A stretch of DNA of 64,000 nucleotides. Source: Gemmatimonadota bacterium (GTDB lineage: Bacteria > Gemmatimonadota > Gemmatimonadetes > Longimicrobiales > Gaopeijiaceae). Each line of letters begins with the position of its first letter. Position 1 is the first letter of the stretch. Made by a program: the position numbers and the translations under genes. Below the pieces are notes generated by a model, which was not told the DNA's origin, ran no database searches, and saw nothing but the letters and a program-made list of their open reading frames with translations. Below are positions 41,212-52,089 of the stretch, piece after piece. The stretch is taken from positions 1 to 64,000 of the forward strand of contig JAXHMG010000001.1 of the NCBI GenBank assembly GCA_034521595.1, written 5' to 3'.

Positions 41212-43235
41212 ACCATACACAGCGGTTGGCCATTGATGCGGTGCGGGTCCTCTCCATGGACGCGGTCCAGAAAGCGAGCTCCGGACACCCGGGCACCCCC
41301 ATGGCGCTCGCTCCGGCCGGATACGAGCTCTTCCGGCACCACCTCCGACACAATCCGGCCGATCCGGCTTGGCCCGACCGCGACCGGTTCGTGCTCTCGG
41401 TGGGCCACGCCTCCATGCTGCTCTACGCGCTCCTGCACCTGAGCGGATACGAGGTGAGCGAGGAGGACATCCGGAACTTCCGCCAGTGGGCCTCGCCCGC
41501 CGCCGGGCACCCGGAATACGGTCACATGCCCGGCGTCGAGACGACCACCGGGCCTCTCGGACAGGGTGTCGGCAACTCGGTGGGCTTCGCGCTCGCGGAA
41601 CGCTGGCTCGCCCACCGGTTCAACCGGCCGGGCTACGACATCGTGGACCACTACACGTACGCGTTCTGCTCCGACGGCGACATGATGGAGGGCGTCTCGC
41701 ACGAAGCCGCGGCGATCGCGGGACACCAGGGGCTCGGGAAGCTCATCTGGATCTGGGACGACAACCGCATCACGATCGAGGGGAGCACCGACCTCGCTAC
41801 CTCCACGGATCAGGCGAAGCGCTTCGAAGCGTACGGATGGCAGGTGCTCCGCGTGGACGACGGCAACGACCTCGAGGCCATCGGCCGCGCCCTCGAAGCC
41901 GCGCGCGCCGAGACCCTGCGCCCGACCTTCATCGTGCTACGAACGACGATCGCGTTCGGGAGCCCGGGCAAGGCGGGAACCGCCGGCGCGCACGGTGCTC
42001 CGCTCGGCCCGGACGAGGTGGAAGCGACGAAGAAGAACCTCGGATACCCGTCCCTCGAGCCCTTCCACGTGACGGAGGTGGCACGCGCCGACTGGGCCAC
42101 GTGCCGCGAGCGTGGTGCCGACCTTCAGGAGGCATGGAAGCAGCGCTTCGAAGCTTATCACGCGGCGTATCCCGAAGCCGGCGCCGAATTCCTGAAGATG
42201 ACGGCCGGTGAGCTGCCGGAGGGGTGGGACGCCGACGTGCCCGACCTCTCCTCGGTCGACAAGCCCGACGCGACCCGCGGCTGGTCCGGCAAGGTCATCC
42301 AGGGCTTGGCCGCCGGAATCCCGAACCTCGTGGGAGGCTCCGCCGACCTCGGCGTGTCCAACAAGACCGACATCGCCGACGCGGAGAACCTCCTACCTTC
42401 GACCCCGGGGGGGCGGGTCGTGCACTACGGCGTCCGCGAGCACGCCATGGGCTCGATCATGAACGGGATGTCGCTGCACGGCGGGATCCGCCCGTACGGA
42501 GGCACCTTCCTGATCTTCTCGGACTACATGCGGCCCGCCGTTCGGCTCGCGGGGCTCATGGGACAACCGGTCGTCTACGTCTACACGCACGATTCCATCG
42601 GCCTGGGCGAGGACGGCCCGACCCATCAACCGGTCGAGCAACTCGGCTCGCTCCGCATGATCCCGAACCTCATGGATCTACGGCCCGCCGACGCGGCCGA
42701 GACCGAGATCGCGTGGAGAGTGGCGGTCGAGCGCGACGACGGCCCGTCGTTCCTGGCGCTGAGCCGACAGAAGGTGGCGGTGCTCGACCGCTCGGCGGAC
42801 GCTGCAGAGCCCGGCCGCCTCGCCTCCGCCGAGGGAGTCCGGCATGGCGGTTACGTGCTGCGCGAGGCGGAGAGCGGTAGTCCGGAGATCATCCTGATCG
42901 CGAGCGGAGCGGAGGTCAGCCTGGCGCTCGAAGCCGCCGAAGCGCTCGAGGAGGGCGGCACCCCCACCCGAGTCGTGAGCCTGCCGAGCTGGTACCTCTT
43001 CGAGCAGCAGGACCCGGCATACCGGGAGAGCGTGCTCCCGCCGTCCGTGCGCGCACGAGTGTCCGTCGAGGCGGGCAGCACGTTCGGCTGGACCCGGTGG
43101 ATCGGCGAGGCGGGTCGGTCGGTCGGGCTCGACCGGTTCGGAGCGTCGGCCCCCTCCGAAGTGCTCTTCGAGCAACTCGGGTTCACCGTGGACAAGGTCA
43201 CCGAGGCGGCACGGGCGGCTCTGAGCGACGCGTAG
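41208..43235 (+). CDS. tkt: Transketolase
   Basis: SGHPGTPM, TTGPLGQG, DGDMMEG, THDSIGLGEDGPTHQP. Confidence 0.97.
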   Translation: MNHTQRLAIDAVRVLSMDAVQKASSGHPGTPMALAPAGYELFRHHLRHNPADPAWPDRDRFVLSVGHASMLLYALLHLSGYEVSEEDIRNFRQWASPAAGHPEYGHMPGVETTTGPLGQGVGNSVGFALAERWLAHRFNRPGYDIVDHYTYAFCSDGDMMEGVSHEAAAIAGHQGLGKLIWIWDDNRITIEGSTDLATSTDQAKRFEAYGWQVLRVDDGNDLEAIGRALEAARAETLRPTFIVLRTTIAFGSPGKAGTAGAHGAPLGPDEVEATKKNLGYPSLEPFHVTEVARADWATCRERGADLQEAWKQRFEAYHAAYPEAGAEFLKMTAGELPEGWDADVPDLSSVDKPDATRGWSGKVIQGLAAGIPNLVGGSADLGVSNKTDIADAENLLPSTPGGRVVHYGVREHAMGSIMNGMSLHGGIRPYGGTFLIFSDYMRPAVRLAGLMGQPVVYVYTHDSIGLGEDGPTHQPVEQLGSLRMIPNLMDLRPADAAETEIAWRVAVERDDGPSFLALSRQKVAVLDRSADAAEPGRLASAEGVRHGGYVLREAESGSPEIILIASGAEVSLALEAAEALEEGGTPTRVVSLPSWYLFEQQDPAYRESVLPPSVRARVSVEAGSTFGWTRWIGEAGRSVGLDRFGASAPSEVLFEQLGFTVDKVTEAARAALSDA

Positions 43236-43347
43236 GCTCTCCTGACTCGGAGTCCTGGGGTGATCCCGCGGAGACGGAGGCCGCTTGCGCGACGTGCTCG
43301 TGGTCCCGTAGCGTGGCGTGAGTCCACTCCTCTTCGGAGCACGCGCC

Positions 43348-43911
43348 ATGGTCCCCATCACGTCGTTGTGGATCCCCATCCTGGCTAGCGCGGCGCTCGT
43401 CTTCGTGGCGAGCTCCGTAATCCACATACTTCTCCCCTACCACAAGAACGACTTCCGGAAGCTCCCCGACGAGGACGGGATCCTCGACGCGTTACGCCCC
43501 TTCGAGATCCCGCCCGGTGACTACGTCCTTCCCCACGCGGGCTCGGCCGAAGCCATGAAGTCCGAGGAGTACCGGGGAAAGGTCGAGCAGGGGCCGGCAG
43601 CCTTCATGACGGTCCTCGAGCCGAGGGCCGTGTTCGACCTGACCACGAGCCTCACGCAGTGGTTCCTCTACAGCGTGCTCGTCGGGATCCTCGCCGCATA
43701 CGTCGGTGGCCGGACGCTCGGTGCCGGCGCCACGTACATCGACATCTTCCGCCTGACGGGCACGGTCACCTTCGCGTGCTACTCGATGGCCCTGATGCAG
43801 CGCTCGATCTGGTACAAGCAGCAATGGTCCACCACGGGCAAGTCCATGTTCGACGGGCTGATCTACGCCGTGCTCACGGCCGGCACGTTCGGATGGCTCT
43901 GGCCTATGTGA
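43348..43911 (+). CDS. Hypothetical membrane protein
   Basis: Four hydrophobic segments; GC3-biased codons. Confidence 0.7.
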   Translation: MVPITSLWIPILASAALVFVASSVIHILLPYHKNDFRKLPDEDGILDALRPFEIPPGDYVLPHAGSAEAMKSEEYRGKVEQGPAAFMTVLEPRAVFDLTTSLTQWFLYSVLVGILAAYVGGRTLGAGATYIDIFRLTGTVTFACYSMALMQRSIWYKQQWSTTGKSMFDGLIYAVLTAGTFGWLWPM

Positions 43912-44656
43912 CGTCCGGGGGCAATGGGGGCACGCGGGTCACGGCCGATCTCCGATTGCGGCGGCGAATGACCGACCGTTCCTGAATCCGCTCGGGGCGG
44001 CAACCGACGAACCGCGCCCACGCGCGCCACGACGCCCCGTGGCCGCGCTCCCCCGAAGTCAGGTAGTCCGCCGCGTGCGCCATCTCGTGCAGCAGGGTGT
44101 CGACCCGCACCGCTCCGTTCCCCGCGAGGAGGAGGTCGACATTGAGGGCGATCTCGACGATACGGGGGCGGCTCTCGTAATCCCGGCCCGGCCGCATGTG
44201 CCCCAACGCCGTCCGCATCCGGTTGCTCAAGCGGAGCGGGATGTCGTCCGGCAGGAATCCGGCGAAGCGGGTGCGGTTGAAGTGCCGATACAGCGTGCGG
44301 AGATACGCGCGCTGCGCTTCCGTGCCGCAGCACCGCCGTGATCCTTCGAGCTTCCGCCCTCCACGTGCGCTGCGTACTTCCCGGAGCACTCGCGCGAGCT
44401 CCGGCCAGGCCAGCACCGTCCGTCGGGCTTTTCGGGCGGCCGGCGTCGAGTCGCCACCCGCCCGCACGATCGTAGCGAACGCCTCGATGATATGGTGGGG
44501 CGCGGTCCGGTATGCCACGTGTACGTTGAGCGCCGTGCCTCGTCGGGTCAGCGACCAGACCGTGGAGCGGTTTCTCCGGAAGGTCACGCGTTCCAGCCGG
44601 GTCGCACCATATGCTCTCAGAGCCTCGCGGAAGGTTTCCGGCGTGTATGGCTTCAT
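43904..44656 (-). CDS. SprT-like zinc metalloprotease domain protein
   Basis: TLLHEMAH..GHGASW. Confidence 0.8.
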   Translation of the reverse strand: MKPYTPETFREALRAYGATRLERVTFRRNRSTVWSLTRRGTALNVHVAYRTAPHHIIEAFATIVRAGGDSTPAARKARRTVLAWPELARVLREVRSARGGRKLEGSRRCCGTEAQRAYLRTLYRHFNRTRFAGFLPDDIPLRLSNRMRTALGHMRPGRDYESRPRIVEIALNVDLLLAGNGAVRVDTLLHEMAHAADYLTSGERGHGASWRAWARFVGCRPERIQERSVIRRRNRRSAVTRVPPLPPDVT

Positions 44657-44706
44657 GAAGGGGCCCCGGGGTCTACACGGCCCCGTTCGTGGTCATAGAT
44701 TCTTGG

Positions 44707-46011
44707 ATGCATTCCTACGTCAGCACACGGGGTCGCTCTCATGCGTCCCTCTCCGAAGCCCTCGAGCGTGGTCTCGCCCCTGACGGTGGGCTCTACGTTC
44801 CGACGGGTGACGTTCCGTTCCCGATCCCACCCGACACCGCCCGGAGCTCCTTCGCGCACACCGCCCGCTGGGCCGCGGAGGTACTCCTTCCCGATGTCGA
44901 GTCCGAGATCCTCTCTCAGGTGATCGACGACGCGCTCAACTTCGACGTCCCGCTCGTCGAGGTCGAGCCCCACCTGCACGTGCTCGAGCTGTTCCACGGC
45001 CCGACCCACGCGTTCAAGGACGTAGGCGCCCGCTTCATGGCCCGCCTCATGGCCCGCGTTCTGCCGCGAAATCGGACGCGCACCGTCCTCGTGGCCACCT
45101 CGGGCGATACCGGCGGAGCCGTGGCGGCGGCGTTTCATCGGGTGCCGGGATACCGGGTGGCGGTCCTGTTCCCGAGCCGCGGCATCAGCGAGCGTCAACG
45201 GCGTCAGATGACGACCCTCGGCGACAACGTGTTGGCCCTAGCGGTCGAGGGCACGTTCGACGACTGCCAGCGGCTGGCCAAAGCCGCTTTCCTCGACCGC
45301 GCTCTAAGTGAACGATTCGCATTGACTTCGGCGAACTCCATCAACATCGGGCGGCTGCTCCCGCAGGCGTTTTACTACGTCCGGGCCGCACTCCTCCTGG
45401 GATGGGACGCTGCGGCTCCCCGGTTCGTCGTGCCGTGCGGGAACCTGGGCAACCTGTGCGCCGGGCTCCTGGCACACCGTCGGGGCATGCCGAGCTCCGG
45501 CTTCCTCGCGGCCACCAATGTCAACGACGCCTTCGTGGACTTCCTGGACACGGGGGACCACCGGCCGCGAGCCTCGATCGCGACGGCTTCGAACGCCATG
45601 GACGTGGGTGATCCCAGCAACCTGGAACGGATCCAGTGGCTCTATCGGAACGATCCGGAACAGATGCGCCGGGACGTGCGAGCCAATTCCGTCACGGACG
45701 AGACCACCGCGCGGACGATCGCCACGGTGTACCGTGAGAGCGGATACGTCCTCGACCCTCACTCGGCCGTGGCATACGACGTGGCCAAGCGGCACCGGCC
45801 GCCACCGTCGGCCGACGAGCCGAGCGTGGTGCTCGCAACCGCGCATCCCGCGAAATTCCCGGAAATCGTCGAGCCCGCCCTCGGGCACGAAATCCCGCTG
45901 CCGCAAGGCCTGGCACACGCCATGGAAGGCGAGGAGCGTGCGCTTTCCCTCGAGCCGGAGCTCGGAGCGCTCTCCGACGTGCTGGTCGAGCACGGAGCAG
46001 AAGCCTCATGA
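44707..46011 (+). CDS. thrC: Threonine synthase
   Basis: GLAPDGGLYVP, ELFHGPTHAFKD, ATSGDTG, SANSINIGR. Confidence 0.95.
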   Translation: MHSYVSTRGRSHASLSEALERGLAPDGGLYVPTGDVPFPIPPDTARSSFAHTARWAAEVLLPDVESEILSQVIDDALNFDVPLVEVEPHLHVLELFHGPTHAFKDVGARFMARLMARVLPRNRTRTVLVATSGDTGGAVAAAFHRVPGYRVAVLFPSRGISERQRRQMTTLGDNVLALAVEGTFDDCQRLAKAAFLDRALSERFALTSANSINIGRLLPQAFYYVRAALLLGWDAAAPRFVVPCGNLGNLCAGLLAHRRGMPSSGFLAATNVNDAFVDFLDTGDHRPRASIATASNAMDVGDPSNLERIQWLYRNDPEQMRRDVRANSVTDETTARTIATVYRESGYVLDPHSAVAYDVAKRHRPPPSADEPSVVLATAHPAKFPEIVEPALGHEIPLPQGLAHAMEGEERALSLEPELGALSDVLVEHGAEAS

Positions 46012-46931
46012 CGCCCCGCCCGCTCCGCGCGGCCGCCGTGCGGGTGCCCGGATCGACCTCGAACCTGGGCAGCGCCTTCGACACGATCGGGCTGGCGCTC
46101 GATCGCTATCTCGACGCTTCGTTCGAAGCCGACGGCTCCGGGTCCCTCAAGGTCGAGCGCCACGGAACCCTCGAGCGACTGCGGGACTTCCCCGGACCCG
46201 ACCTCGTGGCGGAGACCTTCCGGGCACGCGTCGAGACGGCCGGAGCGGTCGCCTCGGGGCGTATCCGGCTCGACTCCACGATCCCGGTCGTGCGCGGGCT
46301 CGGCTCCTCTGCGGCCGCGCTCGTCGCCGGCTGCGACCTCGCGCGCGCCGCCCTCGGCGACCCCCCGGACCTTCACGACGCATTCACGGCTGCGTACGCC
46401 CACGAAGGTCACGGAGACAACGCGGCACCCACCGTCTACGGGGGGTTGCAGGCCGTCGTGCCGGGCAAGGTGGGCCCCAAGATCACTCGGCTCGATCTTT
46501 CCGAGCGGATCGGGTTCGCGTACGCGGCGCCCGCTGCGCCTTCCTCCACCAGAGACGCTCGGGCGATCCTCCCCGAGACCGTCAGCCACCGGACCGCCGT
46601 CGCCCAACTCGGCCGGGTCACCGCTCTCATCCGGGGCCTCGCGACGGCCGATCCGGAGCTGATCGCGATCGGGGTCGAAGATGCGCTGCACGTACCCTTC
46701 CGACTCCCCCGTATCGGCGGTGCGGAAGCGGCTGTAGTCGCCGGCTACGAGGCCGGTGCGTGGGGTGTCACGATCTCGGGCGGCGGATCGGGCCTGCTCG
46801 CCATCGGGCCCCCCGAAGTCGCCGCGGATGTCGCGAGCGCGATGCGCGAAGCATTCAGCGAGGCCGACGACGGTCCGGAGTGCGTTGGCTTCGAGGTCCG
46901 GCCCGACTTCCAAGGACTTCGGCGCGTCTGA
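46008..46931 (+). CDS. thrB: Homoserine kinase
   Basis: VPGSTSNLGSAFD, IPVVRGLGSSAAA, EGHGDN, ISGGG. Confidence 0.9.
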   Translation: MTPRPLRAAAVRVPGSTSNLGSAFDTIGLALDRYLDASFEADGSGSLKVERHGTLERLRDFPGPDLVAETFRARVETAGAVASGRIRLDSTIPVVRGLGSSAAALVAGCDLARAALGDPPDLHDAFTAAYAHEGHGDNAAPTVYGGLQAVVPGKVGPKITRLDLSERIGFAYAAPAAPSSTRDARAILPETVSHRTAVAQLGRVTALIRGLATADPELIAIGVEDALHVPFRLPRIGGAEAAVVAGYEAGAWGVTISGGGSGLLAIGPPEVAADVASAMREAFSEADDGPECVGFEVRPDFQGLRRV

Positions 46932-46982
46932 GATCAGGGGCGGGTGATCACGCACCGGGCGGGAAGGCCCCGGCGGCCGGCT

Positions 46983-48374
46983 TCAAGATCCGTGAGCGCG
47001 AAAGATCGGCCGAGAGACGGTAAACAGGTACGCGTTGCTGGCCGTGCGCCCCACCAGGAAGGCCCCGAACGCCGCGGTCGCCCCGACCAGCCCGATTCCC
47101 CAGCCGAGCACGATGAACCCGAGCGCGACCGTGCCGACCTCGACCGCGCTGGCGACGGTGATGGGCTGCGTGCGCCGGCTCTGCACCAACGTCGCGCGCT
47201 GCAGCGACAGCAGCACCGAGAGCGCGGGCAGGGGCACGAGCAGCGCGGTCGGTACCAGCGCGAACGCGGCGAGGTCCGGACTCAGGCCGGAGAGCACGAC
47301 GAACCAGACGTGGGAAAGCGGGGTGAACGCCACCAACGCCAACGCGGCGGACGTAGCCAACCCCAACGACCGTGCGAACCGACTCACGTCTCCGAGGCGC
47401 TCCATGCGGTCACCCATGAGCGCGATGGCCGCGTCCTGATAGGCGAGCCCCATCGACCGGAAGAAGAAGCCCAGGGCGTGCACGACCGGAAAGACAGCCA
47501 ATGACCTCACGGGCTGCACGCTGTTCCCCATGAAGAAGGTGAGCATGGGTTGGACCGAGAGCCCAATCAACGACGTGAGCGCCAGGGGATAGTAGAACGA
47601 CGCGATCTCCCGATAACGCAGGGGCGCCTCCGGGTCCGCGTCGTGATCGACCCACGCACCCCTTCGAATCTCCCGGATCGTGTCCGCCGCCATCAGACGC
47701 GCCGCCACGGCCTCGACCAGCACGGCCGTGCTGAGTGCCAAGCCGCCCACCCACGCGCCCGGAATGTCGAGCAGGAAGTAGCCACAGAGGGCGCCGAGAA
47801 CCAGAGCGAGGAGGCGGAGGCCGGTCCCGTAGGCGACGAGCCGCGTTCGTCCCGCTCGGATCAGGACACCTTGGAGAAATCGGCGGTATCCGATGGCTGC
47901 CGGCCAGGGCAGGTAAAACCAGAGGGCGCCGTAGGTCAGGTCGGCCACCTCGTCGGGCAGGTTCATCAGGCTTCCGGTCAGCCAGGCGTAAATCCCCGGA
48001 GTCAGCACCAGCAGCAACAGTCCGGTGCTCAACCCGTTCAGCATCCACCCGAAGCGTCGGAGCTTGGTGAAGCTGCGCTCGTCGCGCACGAGCGCGGTCG
48101 CGGCGCTCATGAGCATGATGACGGGCGATTCGACCAGCACGGCGAGCGCGAAGGCCACACCGTGCGCCGCCAGATTGAAGGTCGCGTCCGGCAACCGTGC
48201 GATCACGGCCGCCAAGAACGGACCTTCCGCGGCCATGAGGATCCATGTGGCCGCCAGCGGCAACCAGAAGAGGAGGATTGCGCGTTGTGAGAGTGGCTTC
48301 ACGATGGAAACGGAGGACCTCGGGGAACGGAATCCGAAAGCGCGGGACAGAGGTGGGGAGACCGATTCGGGCAC
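46983..48374 (-). CDS. MATE-like multi-pass membrane protein
   Basis: About 12 TM segments in two repeats (FWLPLAATW / FYYPLALTS); start probably near 48303. Confidence 0.7.
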   Translation of the reverse strand: MPESVSPPLSRAFGFRSPRSSVSIVKPLSQRAILLFWLPLAATWILMAAEGPFLAAVIARLPDATFNLAAHGVAFALAVLVESPVIMLMSAATALVRDERSFTKLRRFGWMLNGLSTGLLLLVLTPGIYAWLTGSLMNLPDEVADLTYGALWFYLPWPAAIGYRRFLQGVLIRAGRTRLVAYGTGLRLLALVLGALCGYFLLDIPGAWVGGLALSTAVLVEAVAARLMAADTIREIRRGAWVDHDADPEAPLRYREIASFYYPLALTSLIGLSVQPMLTFFMGNSVQPVRSLAVFPVVHALGFFFRSMGLAYQDAAIALMGDRMERLGDVSRFARSLGLATSAALALVAFTPLSHVWFVVLSGLSPDLAAFALVPTALLVPLPALSVLLSLQRATLVQSRRTQPITVASAVEVGTVALGFIVLGWGIGLVGATAAFGAFLVGRTASNAYLFTVSRPIFRAHGS

Positions 48375-48517
48375 GGGCTCCGCACGAAGCTAGACGAGGA
48401 CGGGGTCATGCGGGAGGCGCCCGCGTCTTGTCCTCGTGAAGCCTCTTCGTGAGCGTGAAGGGTGGCCGTGACCTTCCAGCGCTTCAGCACCGCGCTCTCC
48501 CCGTGACCGACTTCCCC

Positions 48518-50107
48518 ATGAACGTCTCACGCCTACTGCGCGACCTCGCACGCCCGGACGCCTACCCGCATCCGGCCCCCGACGTCGAGGTACTACAGAC
48601 CCATATCTCCGTCGTCGCATTGGCAGGAGCCTACGCGTACAAGGTGAAGAAGCCGGTCGACCTCGGCTTCCTGGACTTCAGCACGCTCGAGAAGCGCCTC
48701 TACGACTGCCAGGAGGAGGTGCGCTTGAACCGCCGGCTGGCCGGGGACGTCTACCTTGGCGTGGTGCCCCTCGTCGAGTCCGACGAACACCTGACCGTCG
48801 AGGGCTCGGGTACGGCGGTGGAATACGCCGTCAAGATGGAACGCCTCCCGCCGGATGCGACGCTGCTCGAGCACCTCGAGAACGGCACCCTTGAAGCAGA
48901 CACGCTGCGCACGCTCGCCCACCGTATCGCGGCCTTCCACGCGGAGGCCGCCTCGGGGCCAGACATCGCACGTTACGGGGAATGGAGCGTCGTGGCCGGC
49001 AACGCCCGTGAAAACCTGGCTCAGTCGGTCGATCACGTGGGGTCGTACATCAGCCGGCCCGTTCACGAGCGGCTGCGCGGCGTGCTCGAGGAACGACTGG
49101 ACGCGCTGCGACCGCTGATCGAAGAGCGAGCCGAAGCCGGCGTTCCCCGCGACACCCATGGCGACCTCCACCTCGACCACGTCTACCTCTTCCCCGACCG
49201 TTCCGCCCCACGGGATCTCGTCGTCATCGACTGTATCGAGTTCAACGAACGGTTTCGTTACGCGGATCCGGTCGCGGACATGGCGTTCCTGGTCATGGAC
49301 CTGATCGCGCACGGACGGCGTGACCTGGCCGACGCCTTCGAAAACGCCTACTTCGACGCCATCGACGACGCGGAGGGCCGGGCGCTCGTGCCCTTTTACG
49401 TGTCGTATCGCGCCGCCGTACGGGGAAAAGTCGGTGGATTCATGGCCGAGGAGTCGGAAGTCCCGGCCAGCGAGCGCGAGACCGCCGCGGAGCGGGCACG
49501 GTCGCACTGGCTTCTGGCTCTCTCCGAGATCGAAGAACCGCACCGCCGGCCCTGCCTCGTGCTCGTCGGCGGGCTTCCGGGTACAGGGAAATCCACCCTT
49601 TCCGACGCGTTGGTCCGAGAACAGGGCTTTCAGGTGATCCGCTCGGATGAAGTGCGAAAAGAGCTCGCGGGCTTATCCAGTGGGAGTTCGGCCAAGGCCG
49701 CGTTCGGAGAGGGGATCTACACCGCCGAATGGAACGACCGGACCTACGAAGCGTGCCTCTCGAAAGCCCAGGAAGCGCTGTTCCGGGGTGAGCGCGTCAT
49801 CGTGGACGCATCCTTCCGCGAGGAAGGGCGGAGACGAGCATTCTTGGATGCTGCTCGGAACCTCGGCGTTCGGGCACTCTTCCTGAAGTGCACGGCCGAC
49901 CCCACAACGGTGCGTGAGCGCATACAAAGCCGGCGAGACAGCGCTTCGGACGCGGATTGGGCCATCTATCAACAGGCGGCCCAAGCCTGGGAGACCGAGG
50001 CGCCCGACCCCACCGGCGCGCGGACCCGGGTGGTCCAAGCCGACCAAGCGCTCGAGCAGGCGGTACGCACAGCGACGGCACACCTGAGCGAACACGGTCT
50101 CGCCTGA
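48518..50107 (+). CDS. Bifunctional aminoglycoside-phosphotransferase-like / AAA P-loop kinase protein
   Basis: QTHIS, HGDLHLDH, IDCIEFN; GLPGTGKST. Confidence 0.88.
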   Translation: MNVSRLLRDLARPDAYPHPAPDVEVLQTHISVVALAGAYAYKVKKPVDLGFLDFSTLEKRLYDCQEEVRLNRRLAGDVYLGVVPLVESDEHLTVEGSGTAVEYAVKMERLPPDATLLEHLENGTLEADTLRTLAHRIAAFHAEAASGPDIARYGEWSVVAGNARENLAQSVDHVGSYISRPVHERLRGVLEERLDALRPLIEERAEAGVPRDTHGDLHLDHVYLFPDRSAPRDLVVIDCIEFNERFRYADPVADMAFLVMDLIAHGRRDLADAFENAYFDAIDDAEGRALVPFYVSYRAAVRGKVGGFMAEESEVPASERETAAERARSHWLLALSEIEEPHRRPCLVLVGGLPGTGKSTLSDALVREQGFQVIRSDEVRKELAGLSSGSSAKAAFGEGIYTAEWNDRTYEACLSKAQEALFRGERVIVDASFREEGRRRAFLDAARNLGVRALFLKCTADPTTVRERIQSRRDSASDADWAIYQQAAQAWETEAPDPTGARTRVVQADQALEQAVRTATAHLSEHGLA

Positions 50108-50234
50108 AGCCGAGTCGCGGCCAACTCGGCTTCAGATCGCGAGATCCCTCGGACAACAGCCCCGTCGTGGAAGCACGGCCGCGCTCGTCATCCACACCCG
50201 CGATTTCGGCGATGCACCCCGCGGGTGAGCGCCG

Positions 50235-50396
50235 TCAGGTCTTGCTCGACGTCTGCACGAAGGCCTGGAACACGCGGCTCACGTTCTCGCTGCCGCACTC
50301 CGAACACTTTTGTCGAGTCTCGTCGTGCTTGGCCATCGGCTCGTCGATCTCGAATTCGTGTCCGCAATCTTCGCAGCGGTAGTCATACATCGGCAT
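50235..50396 (-). CDS. FmdB-family zinc-ribbon protein (53 aa, not in the ORF track)
   Basis: MPMYDYRCEDCGHEFE..KCSECGSENVSRVF; GGAGG RBS. Confidence 0.85.
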   Translation of the reverse strand: MPMYDYRCEDCGHEFEIDEPMAKHDETRQKCSECGSENVSRVFQAFVQTSSKT

Positions 50397-50569
50397 GGAG
50401 ATTTCCTCCTCCGAGGGGCATCGTTCGGCGAATGGACGAACGAACCACCGTGGGGCCCCGAAGCTGTTCGGCCTCGGGTCGACCCCGCACGACCAATCCG
50501 GCCGCCCCTACACGTGCAACCTACTCAACGGGAATGCTTTACGTAACCGGGGCCGGCACATTCACATGT

Positions 50570-50609
50570 AAAAAAATGCCCTCCGGCTCAATTGAGCCGG
50601 AGGGCATTT
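50570..50609 (-). terminator. Rho-independent terminator closing the tRNA cluster
   Basis: AAATGCCCTCCGGCTCA/TGAGCCGGAGGGCATTT palindrome with a T7 tail on the minus strand. Confidence 0.85.
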
Positions 50610-50619
50610 GAGAACGCTA

Positions 50620-50702
50620 CGGAGCGCGAGGGACTCGAACCCCCAAGCCCTTTCGGGCGCTCGCTTTCGAGGCGAGTGCATTACCAATTCTGCCAGCGCT
50701 CC
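50620..50702 (-). tRNA. tRNA-Ser(CGA)
   Basis: CTCGC-CT-CGA-AA-GCGAG anticodon arm, long variable arm, GGTTCGAGTCC. Confidence 0.92.
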
Positions 50703-50840
50703 AGATGGCCGGATCCCGGAAGCCCCCCTTGGGAACCACGGGAGAATAGCCTTGCCGGCCGATCGGATGATACCAGGTAATGGGGCGCGGGGTCCAGCCA
50801 CGCTTGATCGCCCGGCCTCAGTGATGCGTGAATGTCAGCG

Positions 50841-51539
50841 CCGCTTACGCGGCACACCAATCGGGGCGCCCGGATGGAGCTCCGGTCGCCTCCCGGCGAT
50901 CCTCGCTCGTCTCGGCGAAACCCCCTCAGACCCGCTGGCGCGGAACTGCCCTCTCGGCGCCTCGGCTCGAACCTCCGGTTCTCTTCCGGACGCTTCACTT
51001 CTCCGGCCGCTTACGCGGCACACCAATCGGGGCGCCCGGATGGAGCTCCGGTCGCCTCCCGGCGATCCTCGCTCGTCTCGGCGAAATCCCCTCAGGCCCG
51101 CTGCCGCGGGACTGCCCGCTCGGCGCCTCGGCTCGAACCTCCGGCTCTCTTCCGGACGCTTCACTTCTCCGGCCGCTTACGCGGCATGCCAATCGGGGCG
51201 CCCGGATGGAGCTCCGGTCGCCTCCCGGCGATCCTCGCTCGTCTCGGCGAAATCCCCTCAGGCCCGCTGCCGCGGGACTACCCGCTCGGCGCCTCGGCTC
51301 GAACCTCCGGCTCTCATCCGGACGCTTCACTTCTCTGGCCGCTTACGCGGCACACCAATCGGGGCGCCCGGATGGAGCTCCGGTCGCCTCCCGGCGATCC
51401 TCGCTCGTCTCGGCGAAATCCCCTCAGGCCCGCTGCCGCGGGACTGCCCGCTCGGCGCCTCGGCTCGAACCTCCGGCTCTCATCCGGACGCTTCACTTCT
51501 CCGGCCGCTTACGCGGCACACCAATCGGGGCGCCCGGAT
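50841..51539 (-). repeat. Tandem array of four 166-bp units plus a partial unit downstream of tRNA-Pro(CGG)
   Basis: TCGGGGCGCCCGGAT recurs at 50861, 51027, 51193, 51359 and 51525 (the last is the tRNA 3' end). Confidence 0.95.
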
Positions 51540-51598
51540 TCGAACCGGGGACCTCTGCGACCCGAACGCAGCGCTCTACCGGACTGAGCCACGCCCCG
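51525..51598 (-). tRNA. tRNA-Pro(CGG)
   Basis: CTGCG-TT-CGG-GT-CGCAG; GGTTCGAATCC. Confidence 0.95.
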
Positions 51599-51663
51599 AA
51601 ACCGGTCTTGTGGGCCCAAGGCGCGTCGGCCGCTGGGCCTGCCTCGTTGTTTGTTCCAGCAAC

Positions 51664-51920
51664 TCGACCCACGCTCCCGATCTGCTGCGCAGATCGCCGC
51701 GTGGGTTCGAATTCATACTTTGACGCTCTTTCAAAACGGACGGGGTGGGATGGGCTCCGCTTCGCTCCGCCGCGTCGCGGGACTGCCCGCTCCGGCGCGC
51801 TCCGCGCGATCACCTTCCCTGGCCCGCTCGGCTCGACCCACGCTCCCGATCTGCTGCGCAGATCGCCGCGTGGGTTCGAATTCATACTTTGACGCTCTTT
51901 CAAAACGGACGGGGTGGGAT
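51664..51920 (-). repeat. One 169-bp unit plus a partial unit downstream of tRNA-Ser(GGA)
   Basis: CGGACGGGGTGGGAT at 51737 and 51906; body shared with the tRNA-Ser(GCT) array. Confidence 0.9.
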
Positions 51921-51989
51921 TCGAACCCACGCGGGCGTGAGCCCACACGATTTCCAATCGTGCGCCTTAAGCCACTCGGCCACCCGTCC
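51906..51989 (-). tRNA. tRNA-Ser(GGA)
   Basis: CACGA-TT-GGA-AA-TCGTG; long variable arm; GGTTCGAATCC. Confidence 0.95.
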
Positions 51990-52089
51990 AGCTCGCTCGG
52001 GACGCGTCCACGAGACGTTTTCGCTAGTCGGTGGATCCGTCCAACTGGGGTCTTCGAACCCAGAACCGTTCTCGAACTGTTTTCCAATT